A stretch of DNA of 64,000 bases from Deferribacterales bacterium (GTDB taxonomy: Bacteria; Chrysiogenota; Deferribacteres; Deferribacterales; Geovibrionaceae). The position numbers were made by a program, and so were the translations under genes. The notes under the pieces are model-generated. The model ran no database searches, was not told where the DNA came from, and saw nothing but the letters and a program-made list of their open reading frames with translations. Location: assembly GCA_050253075.1 (NCBI GenBank), contig JBFWJS010000008.1:24874-88873 (forward strand), given 5' to 3'. Shown here in pieces: positions 36,876 through 46,573 of this stretch (within the stretch, counting starts at the first letter, position 1; each line of letters opens with the position of its first letter).

Positions 36876-38159
36876 ATGAAGATTTTAGTTGTGGGCGGAG
36901 GCGGACGTGAACACGCACTCTGCTGGAAGATAGCCCAGTCTCCCCTTGTGGCGAAGATATACGCCGCACCGGGTAACGGCGGTACCGACCTCGAAGATAA
37001 AACTGTAAACCTTGATATACAAGCCACAGACATCGAAAAGCTAGTGGCATTTGCTAAATCTGAGAAGATCGACCTGACTGTTGTCGGTCCGGAAGATCCT
37101 CTCGCCCTCGGCATCATCAACGCATTTGAAAAAGAAGGTCTCAAAGCCTTCGGACCAAACGCCGATGCTGCACAGCTTGAGGCGAGCAAGGCATTCGCAA
37201 AGGATATGATGATAGCCGCTGGCATACCTACTGCCGCTTACGGTGAGTTCACCGACCTCGCATCTGCAAAGGCATATGTAGAGGAGCAGGGAGCACCTAT
37301 CGTCGTTAAGGCTGACGGACTCGCCGCAGGTAAAGGCGTAACAGTCGCCAGAACTCTCGAAGAGGCTATGGCTGCTCTGGACGAGATATTCGTGGACAAC
37401 GCTTTCGGCGAAGCAGGAAGCAAGGTCGTTATCGAAGAATTCCTCGACGGTGAAGAGGCATCTTACCTCGCATTTACCGACGGAAAAACTGTCCTGCCGA
37501 TGGTGACATCACAAGACCATAAACCCGCATACGACAATGACGAAGGCCCGAACACAGGCGGAATGGGAGCCTACTCCCCTGCCCCTGTCGTGACAGATGA
37601 AATATTCAACTTTGCTACTGACAAGATCGCCTATCCGCTGATAAAAACTATGGCGGAGAAAGGCATCACTTTCAAAGGTATAATATACGCAGGCCTGATG
37701 ATAACAAAAGACGGCCCGAAAGTGCTCGAGTTCAACGCACGCTTCGGCGACCCTGAGACACAGCCTGTCCTCAGCCGTCTGAAATCCGACATAGTGCCTG
37801 TTTTCCTCGCATGTGTTGATCAGACACTGGATAAGGTCGAAATAGAATGGAACGAAAATCCGACAGTATGCGTTGTTATGGCGTCGGGCGGATATCCAAA
37901 ATCTTATAAAAAAGGCTACGCCATCGAAGGTATATCAGATGCTGATGCTCTGGACGGCGTAAAAGTTTTCCACGCCGGAACTGAGACAGTGGACGGCAAA
38001 ACAGTGAACACAGGCGGACGTGTCCTCGGCGTGACAGCATGCGGAGACGGTCTGGAAGAAACTATAAAGCTCGCCTATGAGGCAGTGAAAAAGATAAGCT
38101 GGACAGATGTGCACTACCGCACGGACATCGGCGCTAAAGCATTAAAGAGGATGAAATAA
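36876..38159 (+). CDS. purD: phosphoribosylamine--glycine ligase
   Basis: MKILVVGGGGREHAL start. An ATP-grasp core and GGMGAYSP are present. The longer ORF start at 36828 is rejected. Confidence 0.95.
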   Translation: MKILVVGGGGREHALCWKIAQSPLVAKIYAAPGNGGTDLEDKTVNLDIQATDIEKLVAFAKSEKIDLTVVGPEDPLALGIINAFEKEGLKAFGPNADAAQLEASKAFAKDMMIAAGIPTAAYGEFTDLASAKAYVEEQGAPIVVKADGLAAGKGVTVARTLEEAMAALDEIFVDNAFGEAGSKVVIEEFLDGEEASYLAFTDGKTVLPMVTSQDHKPAYDNDEGPNTGGMGAYSPAPVVTDEIFNFATDKIAYPLIKTMAEKGITFKGIIYAGLMITKDGPKVLEFNARFGDPETQPVLSRLKSDIVPVFLACVDQTLDKVEIEWNENPTVCVVMASGGYPKSYKKGYAIEGISDADALDGVKVFHAGTETVDGKTVNTGGRVLGVTACGDGLEETIKLAYEAVKKISWTDVHYRTDIGAKALKRMK

Positions 38160-38653
38160 TGGGAAAAGTTGGCATCATAATGGGAAGCAAGTCTGACTTT
38201 GATATAGCTCAGGCTGCCATAGAAGTACTCAAAGAATTCGGCATCGAATACGAAGTAATTGTTTCAAGCGCACACCGTACACCCGAGCGCACAGGCGAAT
38301 GGTCACGCACTGCCGCAGACAGAGGTCTTGATGCTATCATCGCCCTCGCAGGTGCTGCTGCCCACCTCGCAGGTGTTATCGCCAGCGAGACAAACGTGCC
38401 AGTCATCGCCGTGCCTATCTCAGCCACCAGCATGAACGGTATAGACGCCCTCTACGCTATGGTACAGATGCCCGGAGGCATCCCCGTGGCGACAATGGCA
38501 ATAGGCAAAGCAGGAGCTAAAAACGCAGGTATATTTGCGGCGCAGATCATCGGACGCAAAAACCCCGAGATGTATCAGAAACTCCTCCAGTACCGTGAAG
38601 ACATGAAGGCAAAGGTCTACAAAGACAATGAAGCCGTTCAGGAAATGCTGTAA
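38159..38653 (+). CDS. purE: 5-(carboxyamino)imidazole ribonucleotide mutase
   Basis: 164 aa with MGSKSD and SAHRTPER motifs. ATG overlaps the purD stop. Confidence 0.93.
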   Translation: MGKVGIIMGSKSDFDIAQAAIEVLKEFGIEYEVIVSSAHRTPERTGEWSRTAADRGLDAIIALAGAAAHLAGVIASETNVPVIAVPISATSMNGIDALYAMVQMPGGIPVATMAIGKAGAKNAGIFAAQIIGRKNPEMYQKLLQYREDMKAKVYKDNEAVQEML

Positions 38654-39256
38654 ATGCTGATAGCGAAAGCTGACAGTAAAAACTCAATAGATATATTCAG
38701 ACGGGCTTCGCTAAAATCGGAGCCCGTTATTTTTTCCACCGACACAATATACGGTATCGGTGCGCCCCTTTCAGACGAAAAAGCCAATGACAAAATCTTT
38801 GATATAAAAGGTAGAGACAGGTCAAAACCCTTCCCTGTGCTGGTCTCTTCGCTGGAGCAGGTTAAGCAGATAGCCGAGCTGGATCAAAAGCAGGAAGACT
38901 TGTTAAAATCTATCTGGCCGGCGAAGGTAACCTTTATCCTTAAAGCGAAATCCAATCTGGCCCCATTGTATACTTACCAGAATACCGTGGCCGTGCGCAT
39001 GCCTGACAAAAAGTGGCTGAGAGATTTAATAGACGAGACAGGGCCTATCAGTGCCACCAGTGCAAACCCCTCGGGAATCGAGTACACTAATGATGAAAAC
39101 TTTTTATTTGATACTTTCAAGGGCAAAGTCGAATACTTCCTTATTGACAATAATAAGTCGACATCCTCATCCGCCATTATCGACATATCATCAGATATTT
39201 ACAAGATAATCAGACCATCAGGCGAACTGCCTGAAATTAACAATATATTCAACTAA
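38654..39256 (+). CDS. tsaC: L-threonylcarbamoyladenylate synthase (TsaC/YrdC family)
   Basis: 200 aa with FSTDTIYGIGA, KGRDRSKPFPVL and SATSANPSG. Confidence 0.85.
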   Translation: MLIAKADSKNSIDIFRRASLKSEPVIFSTDTIYGIGAPLSDEKANDKIFDIKGRDRSKPFPVLVSSLEQVKQIAELDQKQEDLLKSIWPAKVTFILKAKSNLAPLYTYQNTVAVRMPDKKWLRDLIDETGPISATSANPSGIEYTNDENFLFDTFKGKVEYFLIDNNKSTSSSAIIDISSDIYKIIRPSGELPEINNIFN

Positions 39257-39272
39257 AAAATCATATACCCCA

Positions 39273-39301
39273 TTGACATAGGCGTTCACTAAGGTTAATA
39301 T
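39273..39301 (+). promoter_or_regulatory. Near-consensus sigma-70 promoter for the cytochrome gene
   Basis: TTGACA (39273-39278), a 17-nt spacer, then TAATAT (39296-39301). The RBS gaggagag follows. Confidence 0.55.
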
Positions 39302-39331
39302 CATAAAAATTTACATGAGGAGAGATACCAA

Positions 39332-39694
39332 ATGAAAAAAATAGCAATCGCAATGCTCGTTATTTTCTCAGTAGCTCTTGTAGCTTTCGCTGCAGGTCCT
39401 GAGTCTATCAACCTTGCAGAAAAATGGGGAATCGCACCTAAGAAACCGGCTGTAGTTTTCCCACACGCTCTTCACCAGACTAAAAACCAGTGTGTAGAAT
39501 GCCACGCAACACCAGAAGGCGGAGCTCTTAAGAACATCGCCGGCGCTGCAATCGACCCAGCTGCTCTCGTTGCTTCAGGCAACCTTAAGCCTGGCGGCAT
39601 GAAGAACGACATCCACGATGAATTCTGCTGGAAATGCCACGTAGAGAAGAAAGTTCCTAAAGGCAAATCCTGCAACACTTGCCACAAGAAGTAA
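39332..39694 (+). CDS. periplasmic triheme cytochrome c (c7/PpcA-like, cytochrome c3 superfamily)
   Basis: Signal peptide and three CXXCH motifs (CVECH, CWKCH, CNTCH). FPHALHQ and the C-terminal CHKK resemble Geobacter PpcA as I recall it. Confidence 0.8.
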   Translation: MKKIAIAMLVIFSVALVAFAAGPESINLAEKWGIAPKKPAVVFPHALHQTKNQCVECHATPEGGALKNIAGAAIDPAALVASGNLKPGGMKNDIHDEFCWKCHVEKKVPKGKSCNTCHKK

Positions 39695-39720
39695 CATTCA
39701 TCCTACTTAACGACAAAAAT

Positions 39721-39747
39721 AAACCCGCTCATCTGAGCGGGTTTTTT
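39721..39747. terminator. Bidirectional intrinsic terminator (cytochrome gene / PilZ gene)
   Basis: Stem aaacccgctc-atct-gagcgggttt followed by tttt, with an A-run on the other side. Confidence 0.8.
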
Positions 39748-39748
39748 A

Positions 39749-40189
39749 TTATAAGATTTTAGCTTCGAATGACGACTTCGCCAGCTTATCCAGCTTACGC
39801 CTGTCGCCGTCTGAGATATCCACGTACTCTATACCGCACCTGTTTTCCTTAGCCCACATAACCTTCGCTATTATTGGCTTAGTAACGAAACCGTCATTGA
39901 TGATGCCCACCATAGAACAGTTGATGCATTCGACTTTCTTAAGATTATTTTTGGAATTGATCATGATATATTTATCAGGGAGAAGTCTGTCTGGGTGACT
40001 GATGCACATACCGCCTGCGCTGATGTCGTATGTGCGTATGGAAAAGCAGTCTCCGTATTTGAACGTCTTGTCGCCCTTCTTATAGTTGATAAGTATTGTG
40101 GCGCAGAGCTTTACACCGTAAACCCCACGGGGGAATTTACGCTTTATATTAGCTTTCAGACCGGTTTTCTTAATTAGCTTTTTCAGCAT
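39749..40189 (-). CDS. PilZ domain protein (c-di-GMP receptor)
   Basis: RxxxR (RKFPR) and D-x-S-x-x-G (DISAGG) motifs, 146 aa. Confidence 0.7.
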   Translation of the reverse strand: MLKKLIKKTGLKANIKRKFPRGVYGVKLCATILINYKKGDKTFKYGDCFSIRTYDISAGGMCISHPDRLLPDKYIMINSKNNLKKVECINCSMVGIINDGFVTKPIIAKVMWAKENRCGIEYVDISDGDRRKLDKLAKSSFEAKIL

Positions 40190-40271
40190 ACTTCAACCTT
40201 TGATAAATATCTGTATAGCTAGACAATACAGAATCTAATAAATGTTTTCAAGTTTTAATATGACAAATTTA

Positions 40272-40745
40272 CTACGATTTAATAATTTGCTCAAGCTGAG
40301 CTTCAATAGCAGGCTCATCGACCCACTCCGAGGTCTTTCTCAGCCATTCTTCGGCTTCCTGCAGATGAGACTGACGAGCCTCTTTATCTTTCTCGTTTGC
40401 TGCTTTTTCAAGGAACTTAAGCGACATATCAAGCTGGTGAGACACCATATATCTTACCTGCTTCACCTTATCCAGCTTCAGAGCTATGCGGAAGCCGAAT
40501 ATGACGATGAGAGCATAAGGAACCCATATGTACCACTTGAACGGGAGCGAAACGATGTAGACCGTAGCAAGGATCACTATAGCAAAAGCAAGAGCAACCA
40601 TCAGCCCGGGAACACCTATGTAAAAAACAGGCTCAAGCTCTCCGCTTTTATTTTTCACCATACGCATGGACTTGAAAACTGCCTGGTTCTTATACTTTTT
40701 TTCGTAAAACTTATGTATCTGGCGAAATTCGTCTAAAATTTTCAT
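40272..40745 (-). CDS. membrane protein (hypothetical, two central TM helices)
   Basis: 157 aa with hydrophobic stretch VPGLMVALAFAIVILATVYIV..WVPYALIVIFGF. No recognisable family. Confidence 0.45.
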   Translation of the reverse strand: MKILDEFRQIHKFYEKKYKNQAVFKSMRMVKNKSGELEPVFYIGVPGLMVALAFAIVILATVYIVSLPFKWYIWVPYALIVIFGFRIALKLDKVKQVRYMVSHQLDMSLKFLEKAANEKDKEARQSHLQEAEEWLRKTSEWVDEPAIEAQLEQIIKS

Positions 40746-40877
40746 TCTTTATCCTAATAATTATTTATTCCACATTAAAATCTATTTTATATCAGTGTAC
40801 TATTTTACAGTTATTAAAGTGACTTTGATTATAATTTAGTATACTATGTTTGTAAACATTTTGGTTCGGGGTTGTAA

Positions 40878-42901
40878 ATGAATATTAAGGTCAAGTTGAT
40901 TTTCTCTTACCTGCTAGTCACTTCATTTATCGTGATTTTATCGGTAACCTTCATGGTATCGAACAAAAGGGTGACAGGGTATGTAAATGTCGTGATGAAC
41001 GACATGTTGGCTGACCGAGAAGTCGCAAATGCGGTGAACGGGCAGTTCAAAAACATCGTAATAGCCTTAAAGAGCGCAAGGGTCACAAATAGCTCTGACG
41101 AGATAGCTCAGTATCGAAAAGACATAGATGCTAGCTTTGGAGTCATCAATAAGGCTCTTTCCAGAAAAAAAGGTGATCCCACATTCGACAAGATCACCGG
41201 CGAAAGCGAACATCTCAGACGTCTGTCTGACAATTTTCTCCAGAAAAAGCAGGAGTTTGTCAAAACAAACGACGAGATGTTACTGTTATTCGACGATATG
41301 GACTCACTCTTCAGAAAACAGAAGGGATACATATTCGTCAGCATCATGACTCTTGAAAAGTTCGGAACAAGGTATAAAAATACCCTTAATTTCCTTCATA
41401 AAATGATGGAAGACCCTCTCGAGATCAAAGTATACATCTCTGAAATTGTAAATGCGAAGGATGCCATTGATGCGGAAGATGGCGTTTTCACCCTCGTGAA
41501 CTACGCAGAGATACTCACTGAGAAAACTAATACTCTTCTCGAAGGCGGTACATACAAAGGCGATACTCTCGTACAGCTTAATAATGAAGAGGTGAGAGAG
41601 AGAATGACCATGCTGCTGGATGTTACTAAGCAGATGATCGACGCCTCAGACAAACTTCAGGAGATCCGCCTGCTCACCATCGAACAGGAGCAGGATCTCG
41701 CTAAGCAGATCATCGAACTGGAAACTGATGTGGCAGAGACCGAGGGACTGCTTAAAAACCTTACAAAAACAGCGAAAGCAAAAATGGACGAAGGGGTTTC
41801 AACCATCTTCTCCATCTCTTCGAAAGTTATGACAACCACCATCGTGGTTCTCGTTATCGTTGTAATACTTGCCATCGTTGTCGGTCTGTTCAGCGCTAAG
41901 CAGATAACAGGCCCGCTGAGAAAGATCATGAACGTCGCCGAAAGCATCAAAAACGGAAACCTCATGTGCGGAGAGATAGCCCACTCGTCTAAAGACGAAT
42001 TCGGAGCTCTCACCAACTCCATCAATAAGATGCAGAACTCCCTCTGTGAGCTGGTGAACAACATCACCACCAGCACAGACTACCTCAGCAAAACAAGCGA
42101 TCAATCCACTGAGCTGATGCATAAAATGCATGATAACCTCAACAATACAAACCTTGAGATGGCTGCTGCCGCTTCTGCTGCGGAGGAACTTTCTTCTTCC
42201 ACAGTGAACATTATAGAGTCTGTACAGGTCGGTATTAGAGAAGTGCAGGCTGCTAAGGATAAAGTGCTCGAGGGTAACTCCGGGCTTCAGACATCCATTA
42301 AACAGGTAGCAGTGTTGCAAACAACCTTTCAGGTGTCGCAGACAGTCTGAACGAGCTGAAAACAGCCAGCCAGGGGATCACAAACATCGTCAGCATCATC
42401 GTTGATATCGCAGAGCAGACAAATCTTCTCGCACTCAACGCAGCCATAGAGGCAGCTAGAGCGGGAGAGGCAGGCAGAGGCTTTGCCGTGGTTGCAGACG
42501 AAGTGAGAAAACTTGCTGAAAAGACAAGTACTTCAACACAGGAAATATCCACAATGGTCGCCACTATACAAAGCAATGTACAGGGCGTCGTGGATGTGGT
42601 TCATAACGGTATAGAAGAAGTGGAATCCAGCTCGGAAGCCATCACACACGTGGGCGAAAACTTCGAAGAGGTTGTCAGCCAGATGGAATCCGCAGCAGGA
42701 GCCGTTGAGCCGATACTTACTATTATAGAGCAGCAGAGTGAAGCTATCACTAACATCACATTAACTGTGACGAATGTCAGCGAGGCATCCGAAGAGAGCA
42801 AGATGATCGTAGAGGAAGTTAACGCTTTCTCAGAGAAACTTGCGGAGCTTTCACACGATCTGCAGGATAAGATATCTCATTTCAAAACTAACGCATGCTA
42901 A
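40878..42901 (+). pseudogene. Methyl-accepting chemotaxis protein interrupted by a 1-nt frameshift near 42302-42315
   Basis: Frame 1 (40878-42350) carries TM, sensor, TM, HAMP and the start of the signalling domain. The hairpin core [39 protein letters not shown] is in the next frame, which is open from 42302. Confidence 0.85.
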
Positions 42902-43671
42902 AAAAGTTAATTGAACTAGAGAACGTTACAAAAACATATAGAGCCTTTGAAGGAATCTTCAAGGGCTCTTCTACTATCATCAAGGCTGTGGACAATATAT
43001 CTCTGTCCATAGAAAAAGGCCGCTCGCTCGGCATCGTCGGCGAGTCAGGAAGCGGCAAGACAACCATGGCGAAGATCATCGCCGACATCATAAAGCCCGA
43101 CTCAGGGCGTGTGCTCTTCCACGGTGAAGACATATGCAGTCTGGGCGACGGATATAAGAACTACCGCAAAAATGTTCAGGTTGTCTTTCAGGACCCATAC
43201 CTAAGCCTGAATCCGAAGCTGACAGTCTTCTCTGCTATGAAGGATGCGCTGAAAGTGCACGGTATCAAAGGCGACCCTAGAGAGGTCTGCGGCGATTATA
43301 TGGAGATGGTGGGGCTGGAGAGAGAATACCTCGACAGATACCCGCACGAGTTCTCCGGCGGGCAGAGACAGCGTATATCCATAGCGAGAGCACTGTCGCT
43401 GGAGCCCGAGATAATAATAGCCGACGAGCCCGTGAGCTCACTCGATGTTTCCGTACAGGCTCAAATACTGAACCTTATGAAGAAATTAAAACTTGAAAAG
43501 GATGTCACTTTTATTTTAATATCCCATGACCTTGCCGTTGTTTCTTATCTGTGCGATGATGTGCTTGTGATGCATGACGGCGAGGCTGTTGAATACGGTA
43601 CGGTGCAGTCCGTGCTGACAAATCCTGAAAAAGATTATACACGAAAGCTGCTCGAAGCTTCCGGCGGGTGA
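42895..43671 (+). CDS. Peptide/nickel-type ABC transporter ATP-binding protein (DppF/OppF-like), orphan
   Basis: Walker A GESGSGKT, signature FSGGQRQR, Walker [15 protein letters not shown] overlaps the MCP stop by 7 nt. Confidence 0.85.
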   Translation: MLKKLIELENVTKTYRAFEGIFKGSSTIIKAVDNISLSIEKGRSLGIVGESGSGKTTMAKIIADIIKPDSGRVLFHGEDICSLGDGYKNYRKNVQVVFQDPYLSLNPKLTVFSAMKDALKVHGIKGDPREVCGDYMEMVGLEREYLDRYPHEFSGGQRQRISIARALSLEPEIIIADEPVSSLDVSVQAQILNLMKKLKLEKDVTFILISHDLAVVSYLCDDVLVMHDGEAVEYGTVQSVLTNPEKDYTRKLLEASGG

Positions 43672-43676
43672 TAAAT

Positions 43677-45116
43677 ATGCTTAAAGTTTTTAACACACTT
43701 ACAAACCAGAAAGAAGAATTCAAACCTATAAACGAAGGAAAAGTGAACATGTACGTATGCGGTGTCACTGTTTACGACTTTTGCCATATCGGCCATGCGC
43801 GCAGCTCCGGCGTTTTTGATGTTATACGCAGATACCTTATGTATAAAGGTTTTGATGTTACTTTCGTTAAAAACTTTACCGACATAGACGACAAGATCAT
43901 CAAGAGAAGCAACGAACGAAATATAGACTGGAGAGACCTGACAGCCGAGTTCATAGCCGAACACGATGCCGACATGGATTCTCTGAACATACTGCGCCCC
44001 GACCACACGCCAAAGGCGACAGACTACATCAAACAGATGATAGAAATGTGCGAGACGCTCATCTCCAAAGGATTCGCATATGAATCCGAAGGGGACATAT
44101 ACTACCGTGTTCAGGAATTTAAAGAATACGGAAAGCTCTCCCACCGCAAGCTGGAAGACATGATGGCCGGTGCCAGAATAGAAGTGAATGACAAAAAAGA
44201 GAACCCGTACGACTTTGTACTGTGGAAATCGTCTAAACCCGGCGAACCAAGCTGGGAAAGCCCATGGGGACCGGGAAGACCGGGTTGGCACATCGAATGC
44301 AGCGTCATGAGCGAAGACATCCTCGGGCTGCCTTTCGACATACACGGCGGCGGAAAAGACCTTGTATTCCCCCATCACGAAAATGAAATAGCACAGTCTG
44401 AGGCGGCATGCGGATGCATGTTTTCCAAATACTGGATACATAACGGTTTCGTAAACGTAAATCAGGAGAAGATGTCTAAATCACTCGGCAACTTCTTCAC
44501 CATCAGAGACGTGCTGAAAGAGTTCGACTCTGAGATAGTCAGATTCTTCCTCATGACCACACACTACAGAAGCGCCCTCGACTTCTCTCAGGATCACCTG
44601 CTGGAAGCGGAGAAATCGCTCGACCGTGTCTACACCATGCTGGACGAACTGAACAGGTTCAATGCAGGTAAAAAAGGCGTGGATGTTACAGCAGACGCAG
44701 AAAAGATGTTTGCTGCTTTTAAGGAAAAGTTCGAATCCGCAATGGACGACGACTTCAACACTCCTGAAGCACTGGCTGCTATGTTTGAAGTAATACGTGA
44801 GACAAACAGACTACTCGGCGCAAAACCGAATAAAGAGGGGTTCCCTGCCCTGCAGAAAGCCGTGGCAGATGTTTTTGCCATGCTTAATAATGTGCTCGGT
44901 ATCATAAAATACACCCCCGAAGACTGGTTCAGAATAAACCTTTCCATACCTGAAGACGAGCTTCTCAAAAAGATCGAGGAAAGAACAGCGGCAAAAAAAG
45001 AGAAAAACTTTGAGCTCTCCGACAGCATCAGAAACGAGCTGAAAGAACAGGGCATAGAGCTGCTCGACACCGTCGAAGGAACCATCTATAGAGCTGTGAA
45101 AATTAGAAATCTTTGA
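43677..45116 (+). CDS. cysS: cysteine--tRNA ligase
   Basis: MLKVFNTLT start, CGVTVYDFCHIGHAR and KMSKSLGN. The GTG at 43668 is rejected in favour of ATG 43677. Confidence 0.95.
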   Translation: MLKVFNTLTNQKEEFKPINEGKVNMYVCGVTVYDFCHIGHARSSGVFDVIRRYLMYKGFDVTFVKNFTDIDDKIIKRSNERNIDWRDLTAEFIAEHDADMDSLNILRPDHTPKATDYIKQMIEMCETLISKGFAYESEGDIYYRVQEFKEYGKLSHRKLEDMMAGARIEVNDKKENPYDFVLWKSSKPGEPSWESPWGPGRPGWHIECSVMSEDILGLPFDIHGGGKDLVFPHHENEIAQSEAACGCMFSKYWIHNGFVNVNQEKMSKSLGNFFTIRDVLKEFDSEIVRFFLMTTHYRSALDFSQDHLLEAEKSLDRVYTMLDELNRFNAGKKGVDVTADAEKMFAAFKEKFESAMDDDFNTPEALAAMFEVIRETNRLLGAKPNKEGFPALQKAVADVFAMLNNVLGIIKYTPEDWFRINLSIPEDELLKKIEERTAAKKEKNFELSDSIRNELKEQGIELLDTVEGTIYRAVKIRNL

Positions 45117-45132
45117 TAGATATAAAAGAAAA

Positions 45133-45152
45133 GGCAGGCTTTAAAACCTGCC
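45133..45152 (+). terminator. Possible cysS terminator hairpin (no clear U-run)
   Basis: ggcagg-ctttaaaa-cctgcc, 16 nt after the cysS stop. Confidence 0.35.
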
Positions 45153-45282
45153 CTCTCCTTAACCTTTAAAAACCTACAGGGGATATATAAAGGGCTTTCG
45201 CCCCACGAATTGTTCAGCTTATATTACAAAGATACTGCGGCAGAGAAATAGTTCAACAAGAAATCTAAAATTATATGAATAT

Positions 45283-46491
45283 TCACGAGATTTTATTCAT
45301 CTGGTCTATAAATTTGTATATATCATCCGGTATAAATACTGACTCCGGATTCACAGGCGCAACTATTTTATGAGCATTTACAACGGATTTTGAAAGATCT
45401 ATCGCTTTGATAGGCAGTCTGTCCCCACGCTTGTTCATAAAAACGAGAACAATCGGCTCCGTCGGTTTGTTTAAATTTGTTTTCCCCACCACTGCCAGCT
45501 CATGCGAACTCATCAGCACAAGAGACCCAACGGGGTATATACCGATATTCTTTATGAAGAACTCAAAGACCTTCTTATTTATATGCGAGTCTGCCCACTT
45601 AAACATGAGCTTCAGAGCCGAAGGGGGCTCCATACCTTTGTGGTATACTCTGTCGCTGGTGATAGCGTCATAGATGTCTACCACTGCTCCTATCTTCCCC
45701 TCTATGCTGATATCTTCGTCTTTCAGATTATTCGGGTAGCCCGAGCCGTCATATCTTTCGTGGTGTTCGTATGCAAGGCGCAGCATCTCATCAGGAATAT
45801 TCTGCTTCTTTAGGAAGTCATATCCGTACTGTACATGGTTACGCATTATCACGAATTCCTCTTCGGTCAGCTTCCCCGGCTTATTTAAAACCTCAGTAGG
45901 CACGAGCATCTTACCGGCATCATGGATAAGCCCTGCATTTGCGATAGATTCAATTTCTCTCTGGCTCATCCCGAGGTGTGCTGCCAGACTCGCTGCATAG
46001 ATGCTCACGTTCATGGAGTGCTGGAATGTATAGTCGTCATAGTGGCGCAGCTTTGTGACGCTGCAGAGGACACTTTTATTCTTTCTGGTGAGTTCTGCTA
46101 TATTTGATGCTACATGCTTTACGGCTTCACTGTTAAACATCTTTCCGCCGCGGATGTCTTCCATCACATTTCTGACTATTTTTACAGATTCGGTGTAGAT
46201 ATCGCTGACTTTATCAAGCTCTCCGAGGTCTACCATGTTTTCGGCAGACTCTTCTGCGGCTTCTTCGACAGCGTCGGGTTCGGGTGCGAGGATGATTTTA
46301 GAGGCTTTCTTCTCCTCTACACTCACTTCCTCTATGTATACATATCTGATATCATTGGATTTTATCTTATCGATAGTTGCTTGATTCTTAACTACGAACT
46401 TGTGTTTAAGAAAATCAGTATCCAGCCAGCTACAGTCGAATTTTAAGACCTTATCGCCGATCTTTAGGTCGTTGATGTCTATTTTTTTCAT
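45283..46491 (-). CDS. HD-GYP domain c-di-GMP phosphodiesterase with DUF3391-like N-terminus
   Basis: HDAGK, HHERYDGSGYP and an N-terminal KIGDKVLKFDCSWLDTDFLKHKF. Confidence 0.88.
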   Translation of the reverse strand: MKKIDINDLKIGDKVLKFDCSWLDTDFLKHKFVVKNQATIDKIKSNDIRYVYIEEVSVEEKKASKIILAPEPDAVEEAAEESAENMVDLGELDKVSDIYTESVKIVRNVMEDIRGGKMFNSEAVKHVASNIAELTRKNKSVLCSVTKLRHYDDYTFQHSMNVSIYAASLAAHLGMSQREIESIANAGLIHDAGKMLVPTEVLNKPGKLTEEEFVIMRNHVQYGYDFLKKQNIPDEMLRLAYEHHERYDGSGYPNNLKDEDISIEGKIGAVVDIYDAITSDRVYHKGMEPPSALKLMFKWADSHINKKVFEFFIKNIGIYPVGSLVLMSSHELAVVGKTNLNKPTEPIVLVFMNKRGDRLPIKAIDLSKSVVNAHKIVAPVNPESVFIPDDIYKFIDQMNKIS

Positions 46492-46573
46492 GTCGTACCC
46501 AATTATAACAATAACGCATAAGTCTTTGTGTTTTTATGTTAATAAATTATACAACAGAAAAATAAATATTGCA

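Noticed and set aside
40211-40234. tctgtat-N10-atacaga inverted repeat as another GntR site
   Set aside because: It shares only a TGTAT core with the 47973 palindrome and has different spacing. It sits between two minus-strand genes, where a simple stem-loop is equally likely.
42299-42320. Programmed ribosomal frameshift in the MCP gene
   Set aside because: There is no slippery heptamer or downstream stimulatory structure. MCPs are not known to use recoding. An indel or pseudogene is more parsimonious.
43635-44441. 268-aa minus-strand ORF
   Set aside because: It is antisense to cysS, which has clear HIGH/KMSKS motifs. No independent support.
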